DNA from: an uncultured Eubacteriales bacterium
GTDB lineage: Bacteria > Bacillota_I > Bacilli_A > RFN20 > CAG-288
Direction of reading: 5' to 3'
NCBI GenBank assembly: GCA_900316035.1
Contig: ONBI01000007.1
Location: 988-64,987, forward strand
DNA length: 64,000 nucleotides
Part shown: positions 48,086 to 59,883 of the stretch, one piece after another
How the letters are laid out: each line of letters starts with the position of its first letter
How positions within the stretch are numbered: the stretch's first letter is position 1
Notes under the pieces: model-generated
Database searches by the model: none
The model's input: only the letters and a program-made list of their open reading frames with translations
Told to the model about the DNA's origin: nothing
Made by a program: the position numbers and the translations under genes

Positions 48086-48819
48086 AAAAGAATCTTCTTT
48101 CTATTTTATTATTGAGCTTCGTAGCTCTTGCTTCCTGTTCCTCCAAAAAAGGTGACCCGCTTCCTCCGGTCAACGATAGCACCATTGAGGTAAAGAAAGA
48201 TACTGCCTATAAGATCGATAATTCCTTCTTAAAAGCAAACGAGAACACTCTCACCGGAAACAAAGAAGACGATGTCAAAGCCTATTTTGTTTCCTATGCG
48301 ACGAAACTCACTTACACGGCAACGGGAACCGAATCCAACGATAGTTATATCTTCTCGCAGAAGCAGACATTGAAGAACCGTGAGTTTGCCATGCGGCTCA
48401 CTTATCTTTATGCCGATGAGACGAAAAAGGATACCCCCTTCCGTTTAGTCAGTGAATGGCATCTGGATTCCGAAGATTCTCTTCCGAATGCCTATTACTA
48501 CTATTCCGTCGATTTTGCTTTTGAAGATTTCAAGACGATTTCTCTTTCTAGCAGCTATTGCTACGATTACAAAGACAGCAAAAAGAAAGAGACCGAATAT
48601 CTCACTTGTCCTATCACTTACGATAATGTCTCTTATGGAACCGCTCCGGAATTCAAGGAAGCTACTTTCCATATCGGATCCTTGGACGATTTCCCTTCTT
48701 CCGCGAAAAAGCAGAGCGATAGTGAAATGGGAGCTTCCGCTTTTGAATGTATCCGTGTCGCTACCGCTTTTGCCGAAAGCATATTACAGGCTGTCAGCAA
48801 GGATTATCATCTTTGGTAA
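48082..48819 (+). CDS. lipoprotein, unknown function
   Basis: Lipobox [14 protein letters not shown] overlap with the upstream gene. Confidence 0.55.
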   Translation: MKKNLLSILLLSFVALASCSSKKGDPLPPVNDSTIEVKKDTAYKIDNSFLKANENTLTGNKEDDVKAYFVSYATKLTYTATGTESNDSYIFSQKQTLKNREFAMRLTYLYADETKKDTPFRLVSEWHLDSEDSLPNAYYYYSVDFAFEDFKTISLSSSYCYDYKDSKKKETEYLTCPITYDNVSYGTAPEFKEATFHIGSLDDFPSSAKKQSDSEMGASAFECIRVATAFAESILQAVSKDYHLW

Positions 48820-48824
48820 AGAAG

Positions 48825-49841
48825 ATGAAAATCGCAATTCTCGGTCCTGGAGCATGGGGTACCGCTTTAGGAAACGTACTGGCTAAACAAGGAAATCAAG
48901 TCGTTCTGATCGGTAAGAAAGATATCTATCAATCCATCAATACGCTCCATGAAAATACCATTAAGTTTCCCGGTGTAAGACTATCCGATAATCTTTCCTA
49001 TTCCATTAACGAGGAAGAAAGTCTAAAAGATATCTTTTATCTTGTCTTTGCTGTTCCTTCCAAAGCCTATCGGGAAGAAGCCAGGAAAGTGAATGAGTTC
49101 TTTAAAAAGAATCCTCCGAAAGAAAAAATCACTCCGATCAGCCTTGCCAAAGGTTTTGATCCGACCAGTCACGAACGATTATCTTCGGTATTAAGAGAAG
49201 AAATTAACGAAGAATATCGGAATTCGATTGTCACTTTAGTCGGCCCATCTTTTGCCGAAGAAGTCATCGTTGACAGAGTGACTTGTCTCGATGCCGTATC
49301 TCTCGAAGAAAAAGAAGCTAAGAAAGTCCAATCTCTTTTCAAAGGAAGCAATCTGAGGCTCTATACAATTCAGGATGAAGTCGGAGCGGAATTCTTCGCC
49401 GCTCTCAAGAACGTCTTAGCTATCGCCGGTGGAATCCTCAAAGGAATGGACCAAGGCGAAAATGCAAAAGCTGCTCTGATTACCCGTGGCTCCCATGAGA
49501 TTCTCCGTCTTGTTTTAGCTTACGGAGGAAAAGAAGAGACCGTTCTTGCTCTCTGTGGAATCGGAGATCTGATTCTCACTTGTTCCAGTGAGAAGTCCAG
49601 AAACTATTCTCTTGGTCTGAAGATAGGAAAAGCAGACTCGGCCAAGGAAGTCCTTGCCGAAAACAAAGAGACCGTCGAAGGTGTCTACTCTTCCAAATAT
49701 GCTCTCTCCTTAGCGAAAGCTAAGAACATCGATGTACCTTTAACGGAAGCCGTCTATAAGATTCTCTTCGAAGGTGGACGGCCTTCTGTCGTTCTTTCAT
49801 CTTTGATGGATCGTCCCTTCAAAGCGGAAGAGGATGTTTAA
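48825..49841 (+). CDS. gpsA: NAD(P)H-dependent glycerol-3-phosphate dehydrogenase
   Basis: MKIAILGPGAWGTALGNVLA Rossmann N-terminus and GpsA C-terminal domain. The track ORF's start 48747 is upstream of the real start. Confidence 0.85.
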   Translation: MKIAILGPGAWGTALGNVLAKQGNQVVLIGKKDIYQSINTLHENTIKFPGVRLSDNLSYSINEEESLKDIFYLVFAVPSKAYREEARKVNEFFKKNPPKEKITPISLAKGFDPTSHERLSSVLREEINEEYRNSIVTLVGPSFAEEVIVDRVTCLDAVSLEEKEAKKVQSLFKGSNLRLYTIQDEVGAEFFAALKNVLAIAGGILKGMDQGENAKAALITRGSHEILRLVLAYGGKEETVLALCGIGDLILTCSSEKSRNYSLGLKIGKADSAKEVLAENKETVEGVYSSKYALSLAKAKNIDVPLTEAVYKILFEGGRPSVVLSSLMDRPFKAEEDV

Positions 49842-49880
49842 AACAACTCGTTTAGATTAAAAAAGTTTGCTAACAGAAAA

Positions 49881-49918
49881 CATCTCCCTGCTTTCGTGCA
49901 AGGAGATGCTTTTTATTT
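49881..49918. terminator. bidirectional intrinsic terminator between gpsA and pepF
   Basis: CATCTCC…GGAGATG stem with A-run/T-run flanks. Confidence 0.6.
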
Positions 49919-49926
49919 CCGTAATC

Positions 49927-51702
49927 TTATTCGTTCAGAAGCTTTTCAAGCTCGTTGACTAAGCTTTCCATACGATCGGTGACCGCTAAGAAAGCTTCCT
50001 TCTTCGTTAAGTCAACGCCACCGAGTTTTACTTCATCCACAGGGTAATCCGAGCCGCCGGATTTGAGCATCTTGATATAGTTATCAAAAGCGTGTGGAAC
50101 ACCCTTCTTGACGTTCTGATAAATCAGCATCGAAGCGGTGAAGGAAGTCGAATACTGATAGACATAGAAAGGCGTATAGAAGAGATGCGGAATATAAGCC
50201 CAGACGAGCGGTTTTACCTTCTCTTCTTCAATATCGATGCCATAGTACTGCTTATAGAGTCTTGTCATCGTATCGGAAAGAACCTGATAGTTGATCGGTT
50301 CGCCTTTTTCGGCTAAGCAGGCAATCTCGTATTCATAGTGAGCGAAGAGAGTCTGACGGTAGAAGGTCGAAACGATCTCATCGATGGATTTCTGTAAGAG
50401 AGCAATCTTATCGTTGTGGGATAAGGTTCCCGATTCCATCAGATAATCAAGAAGGTTATGTTCGTTGAAAGTCGAAGCGATTTCGGCGACGAAGATGGAG
50501 TATTCCTGTTTGACTAAAGGCTGTGCTTCTTCGGAGTAGAGCGTATGAACGGAGTGACCGGATTCATGAGCAAGAGTGAAGACGTCTTCAAGCTCTCCGT
50601 TGAAGTTGAGAAGGATGAAAGGATGAATGTTGGCTCCACCGGTCGAATAGGCACCGGTTCTCTTTCCCGGATGATGATAGACATCGACATATCCTTCCGA
50701 AGAGACTTCGTGGGCTTTGGCCTGGAAGTCAGCCGGGAACTTTTCGATCGAATGGAAGAAGAGTTCTCTTGCTTCTTCGAAGGTGTATCTCTTATCGGAT
50801 TTGGCTAACGGGATGAAACGATCATAAGAACGATGTTTCTCTAATCCTAAAGCCTTACGGCGGACTTCATAGTATTTCTTCAGAGGTTCCGCATGGGTGC
50901 TAGCGACTTCGATGAGGTTATGGAAAACCTCTTCCGGAATCTTGTTGCCATAAAGGTGAGACTGAAGGATAGAGTCATATCCTCTTGCCTTCATATCGGC
51001 CAGTTCGGCTTGAACGACGGTGTTATAGATTTCTCCATAGACATTCTTATGTTCGTCATACCAGGTGTAAAGAGATTCGAAGATGGCTTTCCGGTCTTCT
51101 TCGCATTCCGCAGTGGCAACCAAAGTCGTCCAGTTGGCCATATTGACTTCGACTTCTTTTCCACTCTTAAGAGTGACTTTCTTCGGAACATAGTCACTGA
51201 CAGAAAGCTGAGAATAGAGAGTCGAACCCGCACCGGAGAGAGGTGTGTAATAGGATAAGAGCTTCTCTCTATCGCCAGGTAAAACATGAGCCGCATTGCG
51301 GAAAAGAACATCGGTCGAATGATCGAAATCTTTATCTTCCGGATGGCAGCTGAAATAGGAATCGAGTTTTTCTTTTCCTAATCCCAATAATTCCGGAGAG
51401 ACGAAAGAAGTCGCGGTCTGATAATCGTTGAAGAGGAATTCGACCTTGGATAAATCAGAAGAATTGGCGACATTTCTCTTATCGAGGTCGCTTCTCATCG
51501 AAACAAACATTCCTAAACGATAGGTCTTCTCTTCCATTTTCCGCTCTAAGGCAAAGTATTCATGAAGCTTATCGTCTTCGTCTAATTTGCCCTGTAAAGC
51601 AGCGTACTGCGGAATGATTTCCTTCTTTACGGCATCCAGTTCCTTAAGGAAATCTTCTTCACTAGCAAATATTCTCGTCAGATCCCAGCTATCTTTGGCC
51701 AT
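49927..51702 (-). CDS. pepF: oligoendopeptidase F (M3B family)
   Basis: Zinc motif HESGHSVH, 591 aa. Confidence 0.88.
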   Translation of the reverse strand: MAKDSWDLTRIFASEEDFLKELDAVKKEIIPQYAALQGKLDEDDKLHEYFALERKMEEKTYRLGMFVSMRSDLDKRNVANSSDLSKVEFLFNDYQTATSFVSPELLGLGKEKLDSYFSCHPEDKDFDHSTDVLFRNAAHVLPGDREKLLSYYTPLSGAGSTLYSQLSVSDYVPKKVTLKSGKEVEVNMANWTTLVATAECEEDRKAIFESLYTWYDEHKNVYGEIYNTVVQAELADMKARGYDSILQSHLYGNKIPEEVFHNLIEVASTHAEPLKKYYEVRRKALGLEKHRSYDRFIPLAKSDKRYTFEEARELFFHSIEKFPADFQAKAHEVSSEGYVDVYHHPGKRTGAYSTGGANIHPFILLNFNGELEDVFTLAHESGHSVHTLYSEEAQPLVKQEYSIFVAEIASTFNEHNLLDYLMESGTLSHNDKIALLQKSIDEIVSTFYRQTLFAHYEYEIACLAEKGEPINYQVLSDTMTRLYKQYYGIDIEEEKVKPLVWAYIPHLFYTPFYVYQYSTSFTASMLIYQNVKKGVPHAFDNYIKMLKSGGSDYPVDEVKLGGVDLTKKEAFLAVTDRMESLVNELEKLLNE

Positions 51703-51898
51703 GGTATCCTGTCTCCTTTTTTCTGTTCCTATTATATCGAAACGTCTTTCTAAGAGACGAAAAAGAAAAACTTATAAGACAAAACAAGGGGAGTGATTGA
51801 AAATTGAGAGAGGAAAAGGAAGGCTTTCTATTTTTTGGTTGCTTTTGCTCTGCGCTTTGTTTATAACTATCTCACAAGAAGAGGACCAGGTATCGGTT

Positions 51899-52123
51899 AT
51901 GAAGAAATCCTATGCGATATTAGTTGTCTACGACTCCCTGAGGAACAAGAAAAGTTTCCAGGTGAAAGACATGGAAAAAGAGTTGGGTTGCTCCCGAAGA
52001 ACCTGCCTCCGTTACACGAAGGACATCAAAGATTATCTTTCTATCTACCACCCGGAGCTGACTCTCTTCTATGACCGGAAGAAACAATCCTTCCTTTTGA
52101 AGCAGAAGACGAAACAGGACTAG
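51899..52123 (+). CDS. small HTH-domain protein
   Basis: MKKSYAIL… with helix-turn-helix (MEKELGCSRRTCLRYTKDIKDYL). The longer track ORF from 51797 includes an implausible hydrophobic leader. Confidence 0.35.
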   Translation: MKKSYAILVVYDSLRNKKSFQVKDMEKELGCSRRTCLRYTKDIKDYLSIYHPELTLFYDRKKQSFLLKQKTKQD

Positions 52124-53001
52124 TCAAGCTCAAGCCAATACGTAACGGTTTCGGCACTCTGCGGCGAAAGGAAGTTGATTCCCGCTTTTTGTGTTATCTC
52201 TTTCTTCAGAGGTAACGTATCCGGAATACCGTACCAAGGCTCAATCGCTACATAATCTCCGTACTTCTTGTCCGACCAGAGGGCAAGGAACGGAGCTTTT
52301 TCTTTATGCATGGTCAAAGTCGAGCCATCGAGCTTATGAAGCGTGACCTGATCAAAGTCCTCGGCCACTAAGATGACCGTGTTGATCTTATGGAATAAGG
52401 CTTTGTCGAGATTGATTCTTTGGGTCGTTCCAAAACCGGAGATACCGGTATTGAAAGAGAAGGTCTCTTCCTGTTCCACACGGTAAAGTTTCTCCACTTT
52501 GGGGAAAGTGAGATACGTTCCTTCAAAATCAAAACCATCGGCCGTCTCTTCTCCCGGAACCTTGAAAGCCGGATGTCCGCCGACCATATAGGGCATCTGT
52601 TCTTCTCCCGTGTTTTCCATCGTATAGAAAACATGGACCTGATTCTTTTCTAAGTGATAACGGGCGGTAGCTTTATAGGAAAAAGGATAACGTTTCAAAG
52701 ATTCTTCATCGGAAGCAAAAGAGATTTCGATATCGCCATCCTTATTGATGCAACCTTTTCCTTTGCTATAACGAAGAAGACCATGGTTCTTCAGTGCGTA
52801 TTCTTTTCCTTTATAGGTGTAGGTACCATCGACTAAACGGGCGACAAAGGGGAAGATGAAGATATCCTGTCCCTGCCAAGAATTTTCTTTCGGCTGATAG
52901 AGCATCTCGGTGTTTCTTTTCTTATCGAATACCGAGGTCATGCTTCCGCCTTCTTCCTTGACGGAGAGACGGATATATTCGTTTTCAATGGTCAGTGTCA
53001 T
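52120..53001 (-). CDS. aldose 1-epimerase-family protein (mutarotase-like)
   Basis: 293 aa with a galactose-mutarotase-like fold (GGHPAFKVP). Confidence 0.65.
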   Translation of the reverse strand: MTLTIENEYIRLSVKEEGGSMTSVFDKKRNTEMLYQPKENSWQGQDIFIFPFVARLVDGTYTYKGKEYALKNHGLLRYSKGKGCINKDGDIEISFASDEESLKRYPFSYKATARYHLEKNQVHVFYTMENTGEEQMPYMVGGHPAFKVPGEETADGFDFEGTYLTFPKVEKLYRVEQEETFSFNTGISGFGTTQRINLDKALFHKINTVILVAEDFDQVTLHKLDGSTLTMHKEKAPFLALWSDKKYGDYVAIEPWYGIPDTLPLKKEITQKAGINFLSPQSAETVTYWLELD

Positions 53002-53948
53002 TTCTTTTTCATTCCTTTTCCATGAGAGAGGAACTCTTCATACGTTATATATTTAGCATAAGCAGGAGCTACTCTTACTTTTTCTTCTTTCTTCGAAGTG
53101 ACAATCACAGAAGCGTTTTCCGGATGTCGAAGCAGGATTCCTCCTCTTCTTTCAATATCTTTCCGGATCTGAGGCATCTCATCGATTTTCTTCTGAAGAA
53201 GCGGATAAGTGAAGAAGAACCGTTTATAGCGGAAGAAAGGATCGATCAGATTGATATCCGTTTTCTGGGAAGGCAGAGCGAAGAGAGCATTCACTTTTTC
53301 CTGATAGAGTCTCTTCTGCTCTTTCAGTTTCTTCCGTTCTTCGTTCCTCTTTAATAGGGTGGCAGTATCCGAAGAAGCAGAAGGATATTTCTTCTTTGCT
53401 TCTTCCATGGTGAGATGCTCTTGTTCGAGTAGTCTTTTGAAGACTTCCATCGTCATCAGAGCATCGTCATCCGAACGATGGTAAGTGAAAGAAGCTAAGG
53501 AATAAGTAGAGATCAAGGTATCCAGTCCGGAACAATCTTTCCGATGATTGACTTTCTTTTCAAATTCCTGAATATCGAAATAAGGAAAATAAAGAACAGG
53601 TAACGAATAACGTTTACATGTATAGGAAAGATAAGAGATGTCCTGATGAACAGCAAAACCAAAACAATAAGTATCTCCTCCGAGAAGGAGTTTCTTAATT
53701 TCATCGTAATAGTGTGGGAAGGAATAAGAATGCTGGAAACGGAAAAGAGGATAAGCGAGTTTGATACCTTCTCCGGTTTTCACATTGCCGAGAAGAAAAG
53801 GAGCGTTCGGATTGATGAGAATATCCTTTTTCTTCAGCACCTGAAACCTTTCATCGGTTTTGACATAACCGAAGGAACAGATTTTGCCTTCTCCGTTGAG
53901 GCAATTGGCGCATTCCACATCAAAAAAGACGTAGTTCATCTCTACCAT
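52998..53948 (-). CDS. DEDD-family 3'-5' exonuclease with C-terminal BRCT-like region
   Basis: Exo I motif YVFFDVECAN. Alternative ATGs at 53939 and 53948. The track start 53975 is less likely. Confidence 0.55.
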   Translation of the reverse strand: MVEMNYVFFDVECANCLNGEGKICSFGYVKTDERFQVLKKKDILINPNAPFLLGNVKTGEGIKLAYPLFRFQHSYSFPHYYDEIKKLLLGGDTYCFGFAVHQDISYLSYTCKRYSLPVLYFPYFDIQEFEKKVNHRKDCSGLDTLISTYSLASFTYHRSDDDALMTMEVFKRLLEQEHLTMEEAKKKYPSASSDTATLLKRNEERKKLKEQKRLYQEKVNALFALPSQKTDINLIDPFFRYKRFFFTYPLLQKKIDEMPQIRKDIERRGGILLRHPENASVIVTSKKEEKVRVAPAYAKYITYEEFLSHGKGMKKK

Positions 53949-54116
53949 TTTGGCTTTCAGAGGGAAAGAAAGCAAGAGACGGGAAAAAGAAGAGAGAAAA
54001 TCGCATAGTTTCCTAGAGAAGCTAGACCGTTTGCCATCCGAATTTCTGAAAAAATTAGCTTTTCGGTTGATATTATTTTATAATTCAATAGCCAATAGGG
54101 GCGGATAAAAATAAGT

Positions 54117-55196
54117 ATGGAAACATTCATTGAGTACATTAAGGCGATTCTCTTCGGTATTATCGAAGGTATTACCGAATGGCTGCCGATTTCTTCAACC
54201 GGCCATATGATTATCCTGGAGCAGTTCTTCGGCTTCCAGAATACACAGGGAAAAGATTTCACCAACTTCTTCTTAGTCATCGTTCAGCTCGGTGCGATCT
54301 GCGCGGTCATCGTCAACTATTTCAAGAATCTCTGGCCGTTCGGAAAAAATAAATCCCCACAGAAAAAGAGAGAAATCTGGCAGATCTGGCTTAAGATTCT
54401 TATCGCTTCCGTTCCTGCCGGTATCGTCGGTATTCTTTTTAACTCCTATATCGATCAATATTTATATAACTATGTCACTGTCGCCATCACGTTGATTGTC
54501 TACGGTGTCTTCTTCCTACTCATCGAAGCTCTCTTACGGAAACGCGCCGATGACATTCAGAAACGTTATCACCTCAACATGACCGAAGAGACCGCCAGTG
54601 AGAACGAAAGAGAAGATGCTCTAGCCCGTTATCCTCTCTTCCACACCCACCACGTCAGAGAAATCACCGTCCAGCAGGCGATGATTCTCGGTTTAGCCCA
54701 GATGCTTGCTCTTATCCCCGGTACTTCCCGTTCCGGTGTCACGATCTGTGCCGCTTTACTTCTTTCCATCGACCGTACTACTTCTGCCCGCTTCTCCTTC
54801 TATATGGCAATTCCGGCGATGTTCGGCGGTTCTCTGGTAGAAGCCATCCGTTATGGCGTCCATGTCAGCCATGGTGAAGCTTCTGCGATCACCGGTAACC
54901 AAGTCGGTCTCATCGTTGTTGCCATGCTTGTCGCTTTCGGTGTCTCCCTCTTAGTTGTCAATTACTTCATGAAGTTCTTAAAGACCCATACCTTCCTCGG
55001 TTTCGGTGTCTATCGTATCGTCTTAGGTATCATCCTTATCATCGTCTTCTTCACGGTCAACGGTGGAAATCTCTCTACTGGTGTCAACACCGATACCTCT
55101 TCTGCCGCCGCCTTGCTCACGGAAATCAATTCTTCGAATATTCTCTCTTTCTCTCCCCGTTTCTCTCGTTGCGTCCCTTCGTTCTTAACCTTATAA
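54117..55196 (+). CDS. uppP: undecaprenyl-diphosphate phosphatase (long form)
   Basis: BacA/UppP N-terminus (EGITEWLPISSTGHMII) and PGTSRSG motif, with an internal insertion and a C-terminal extension. Confidence 0.8.
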   Translation: METFIEYIKAILFGIIEGITEWLPISSTGHMIILEQFFGFQNTQGKDFTNFFLVIVQLGAICAVIVNYFKNLWPFGKNKSPQKKREIWQIWLKILIASVPAGIVGILFNSYIDQYLYNYVTVAITLIVYGVFFLLIEALLRKRADDIQKRYHLNMTEETASENEREDALARYPLFHTHHVREITVQQAMILGLAQMLALIPGTSRSGVTICAALLLSIDRTTSARFSFYMAIPAMFGGSLVEAIRYGVHVSHGEASAITGNQVGLIVVAMLVAFGVSLLVVNYFMKFLKTHTFLGFGVYRIVLGIILIIVFFTVNGGNLSTGVNTDTSSAAALLTEINSSNILSFSPRFSRCVPSFLTL

Positions 55197-55243
55197 TAAA
55201 GGCATTGTCGAATCCGAAATAATGGATAATAGGACTCTAAAAA

Positions 55244-56095
55244 ATGGAAGAACAGAAAACAACAGGTGAAATCATCGAAGTAGCTCCGCAGGATGAAGAA
55301 AAGAGCGGTGTTACCTTCGGTCAGATCTGGCACATGATCATCAAGCACTGGGTTGCTTGGGTCGTGTTTATGTTTGTCGGTTTAGCCGGTGGCTTCGGCT
55401 TTGCCCAGTACGTCAAAAAGCCGAATTACTCTTCGACCGCTGTCATGATGATCTCCGGTAGCAACATCAGCAACTCTGCCGATATCACCACCAATCTCAA
55501 CACCGCCTATAGCCAAGCCAATATCGCGGTCGCGATGATGAACACGCAGATTGTCTATCAGAAGGTCACCGAGACTTTAGCAACTACCTATACGGATCTG
55601 AAGACGAGTGATGGTTACGATTATAAGACCATCAACAAAGCCTATTCGGCAACCTTAGCTACTTCCGGAAGCACCAATAACTCTATCTTCATCAATATCA
55701 CCGCTCAGACCAGCGATAAGCAGTTCTCTCAGGATATCGCAAACACTGTCGCTTCGACCGCTATCTCCATTGCCAATACCAATGCGGATTATTCTTATCT
55801 GAAAGATTCTCTCATCATCACTTCTCCTGCCAGTGAAGCTACCGATACCTCGATGTCGAAGGCTGCGGTCACTCTCATCGGTCTTTTGATCGGTGTCGTG
55901 GTCGGTGCTCTTTATGGCATCATCTACGAATTAGCCGATAACAAGGTCACTTCGAAGGTGGAGTTGGAAAATCTCACCCATGTCAAAGTCATCGGTATGA
56001 TTCCGGATTTCCGCAGAGATCAGGGCTCCAATTCCGCTAACAATACCAAGAAGCCGGAAGAAAAGAAGGAGAACGAGAACCATGCCAGCAAATAA
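55244..56095 (+). CDS. Wzz/CpsC-type polysaccharide co-polymerase (tyrosine kinase modulator)
   Basis: Two-TM Wzz topology. Immediately precedes the BY-kinase gene, which overlaps it. Confidence 0.7.
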   Translation: MEEQKTTGEIIEVAPQDEEKSGVTFGQIWHMIIKHWVAWVVFMFVGLAGGFGFAQYVKKPNYSSTAVMMISGSNISNSADITTNLNTAYSQANIAVAMMNTQIVYQKVTETLATTYTDLKTSDGYDYKTINKAYSATLATSGSTNNSIFINITAQTSDKQFSQDIANTVASTAISIANTNADYSYLKDSLIITSPASEATDTSMSKAAVTLIGLLIGVVVGALYGIIYELADNKVTSKVELENLTHVKVIGMIPDFRRDQGSNSANNTKKPEEKKENENHASK

Positions 56096-56867
56096 CAGAA
56101 CGAATATCCGCAATCAGGCCCGTGTCATCGATGCCGGTCTGATCAAAGACCTCGATTCTCCGGAAGCCGATGCTATCGTCCGTATTCAGTCCAACATCGA
56201 ATTCTCTTCTCCGGATAAACCGATCAAGACGATTGCTGTCACCTCCTCTCAGGAAGCCGAAGGAAAAACAACCTTAGCCTGCAACCTCGCTTTGGTTTAT
56301 GCCGAAAAAGGTGTCCGCACCGTTCTTGTCGATGTCGACTTACGTAAACCGGAAGATCATAAGCTCTTTGGACTTCCGAACAAAGTCGGCGTCGTCGAAT
56401 TCGTCAAAGGCGATACCGATGAACTCGATGATATCGTCCATCATACCGATTCCGGTCTTGATATCATCACCGCCGGTTCTCCGACTCCGTTCTCCGGAAG
56501 AATCCTCGCTTCGAAGAGAATGACTCTGCTTCTCGATAAGCTCAAAGCCGAATACGACTATGTCATTCTCGATACCCCGCCGGTCTTAGTTGTCTCCGAT
56601 GCCTATTTCTTAGGACATGAAGTCGACGGTTATCTCTTCGTCTGTGCTCAGCACATCTCGAAGAAAAAAGATGTCCAGGCCGCTATCGAAACCTTACAGG
56701 AAAAGAACCTCAATATCATCGGTATCGTCATCACCATGATCACTTCCGATGAAGAGAAGGTCCATGGCGGTTATGGATACGGATACGGCTATGGTTACGG
56801 AAAAGGTCACTATGGCTATGGCAGTTACGGAAAGGATCATGATGCCGATAATTCCGGCGAAGACTGA
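56082..56867 (+). CDS. BY-kinase (CpsD/YwqD-type protein-tyrosine kinase) with GYGYGYGYGYG… C-terminal tyrosine cluster
   Basis: Walker A (SSQEAEGKTT), Walker A' and B motifs. C-terminal Tyr-rich autophosphorylation tail. Confidence 0.8.
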   Translation: MPANNRTNIRNQARVIDAGLIKDLDSPEADAIVRIQSNIEFSSPDKPIKTIAVTSSQEAEGKTTLACNLALVYAEKGVRTVLVDVDLRKPEDHKLFGLPNKVGVVEFVKGDTDELDDIVHHTDSGLDIITAGSPTPFSGRILASKRMTLLLDKLKAEYDYVILDTPPVLVVSDAYFLGHEVDGYLFVCAQHISKKKDVQAAIETLQEKNLNIIGIVITMITSDEEKVHGGYGYGYGYGYGKGHYGYGSYGKDHDADNSGED

Positions 56868-56896
56868 TTCTTTTCCTATTATCCATAAGAAATAGA

Positions 56897-56925
56897 GAGG
56901 CATCTTCGGGTGCCTCTTTTACGTT
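56897..56925 (+). terminator. intrinsic terminator after BY-kinase gene
   Basis: AGAGGCA-TCTTCGG-TGCCTCT hairpin followed by a T-rich run. Confidence 0.55.
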
Positions 56926-56972
56926 CAAGAAAAAACTCTTCCTCGATTAGGAAGAAGAGCGACATATCAACG

Positions 56973-57437
56973 TTAGAACTTACCGGTAAGAATCTCTTTT
57001 TCGAAGAAGGCGGTGACACCTTTTTCGATATCGTTATAAGCCGTCTCGAAGTCGCCGGTGAAATAAGGATCGGCGATATCTTTCTTCACGCCCGTGTAAT
57101 CGTAAAGGCGATGACACTTCGAGACATCCGGATGAGAGAGAAGTCGGCTTAAGAGAATGCGGTTATATTGCTCCATATAGAGAACAATATCGGCCTGGAA
57201 ATAGATCTTCGGAACAAGATAGCGGGAGACATGACCTTCACAGGGGATATGGTGAGCTTCCAATACTGCTTTGGCTCTCGGCTCTAAACCTTTTCCTTCG
57301 GAAGGGCGATCTACGCCTGCCGAAGTGACTTCATACTTATCGCTGAGTCCGTGTTTTGCTAAAAGATCCCGAAGTAAGAACATCGCTGTCGGGGAACGAC
57401 AGATATTCCCTTCACAAAGAAAAAGTATCTTTTTCAT
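56973..57437 (-). CDS. low-molecular-weight protein-tyrosine phosphatase
   Basis: MKKILFLCEGNICRSP P-loop (CX5R). The track's long N-terminus is low-complexity and probably spurious. Confidence 0.8.
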   Translation of the reverse strand: MKKILFLCEGNICRSPTAMFLLRDLLAKHGLSDKYEVTSAGVDRPSEGKGLEPRAKAVLEAHHIPCEGHVSRYLVPKIYFQADIVLYMEQYNRILLSRLLSHPDVSKCHRLYDYTGVKKDIADPYFTGDFETAYNDIEKGVTAFFEKEILTGKF

Positions 57438-57643
57438 TATGGATATGATTTTAAAAAGATAACGTATAAGAATCAAGAATAAGGAAGAGAAAATAGGATT
57501 ATTATTATTGTTCGTATGTATATTATTTTCTGCCGCTTTTTCTTTCTTAAAAAAGAAAAAGAAAGCACAGAAGATAATTTTTTGGTCAAAAAGACCGATA
57601 AAAAGGTCTTTTTGAAGAATCCTCCAAAAGAAAGAAAACTTAT

Positions 57644-57670
57644 TTAGCACTTTCCCCTTGAAATTGCTAA
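57644..57670 (+). promoter_or_regulatory. CIRCE-like inverted repeat (TTAGCACTT-N9-AATTGCTAA) overlapping groES promoter
   Basis: 7/9 match per half to the HrcA operator consensus TTAGCACTC-N9-GAGTGCTAA. TATAAT -10 at 57676-57681. Confidence 0.55.
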
Positions 57671-57730
57671 AACCGGTATTATAATTACTATGGTTTCAGC
57701 CTTAGGGCTGACAAAGAGAGGTCAAACAAA

Positions 57731-58012
57731 ATGATTAAACCTTTGCGTGATTATGTCGTCTTAGAGAAAGTTCCGGAAGAGAAGAAGGTCGGTTCCATCA
57801 TCATCGCTTCGAGCCATGAGAACGAATCTGCCTTAGCGAATGTCATCGCAGTCGGTCCGGGTTACACGGATCCCGATGGACACAAGATCTCCGTCGAAGT
57901 CAAAGTCGGCGATAAGGTCATTTATAAGAAATATTCGACCACCGATTTCGAAGAAGGCGGAAGAAAGCTGATGCTGATCAAGGATCAGGACATCATCGCA
58001 GTTGTTGACTAA
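57731..58012 (+). CDS. groES: co-chaperonin GroES
   Basis: MIKPLRDYVVLEKVPEEKKVGSIII…. Confidence 0.93.
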   Translation: MIKPLRDYVVLEKVPEEKKVGSIIIASSHENESALANVIAVGPGYTDPDGHKISVEVKVGDKVIYKKYSTTDFEEGGRKLMLIKDQDIIAVVD

Positions 58013-58028
58013 TCGTCCCTAGCAATAA

Positions 58029-59672
<1,644 letters not shown>

Positions 59673-59703
59673 ACTTCCGTTCCTGAAGTCAACGAAACAA
59701 AGA

Positions 59704-59742
59704 CTGCTCGATAACTCAAAAAAGGTTGTCGAGCAGTTTTTT
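59704..59742 (+). terminator. intrinsic terminator after groEL
   Basis: CTGCTCGA…TCGAGCAG stem followed by T6. Confidence 0.7.
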
Positions 59743-59883
59743 GTTGTTTACTATAGATAACATGAAAAGCAACTTCTTTCCTTTCATGGAAAAGGCGCAA
59801 TTCTGAAAATGAAATCTGCCTTTCTTAGAAGAAAATAAAAGGGTGATGTGATACATTCTCTATGAGGAAAAAGGAGTCGACCT

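Noticed and set aside
57438-57650. N-terminal extension of the LMW-PTP ORF (MLNKFSFFWRIL…NNNNN…)
   Set aside because: The extension is a low-complexity AT-rich translation. The conserved CX5R P-loop begins right after the internal Met.
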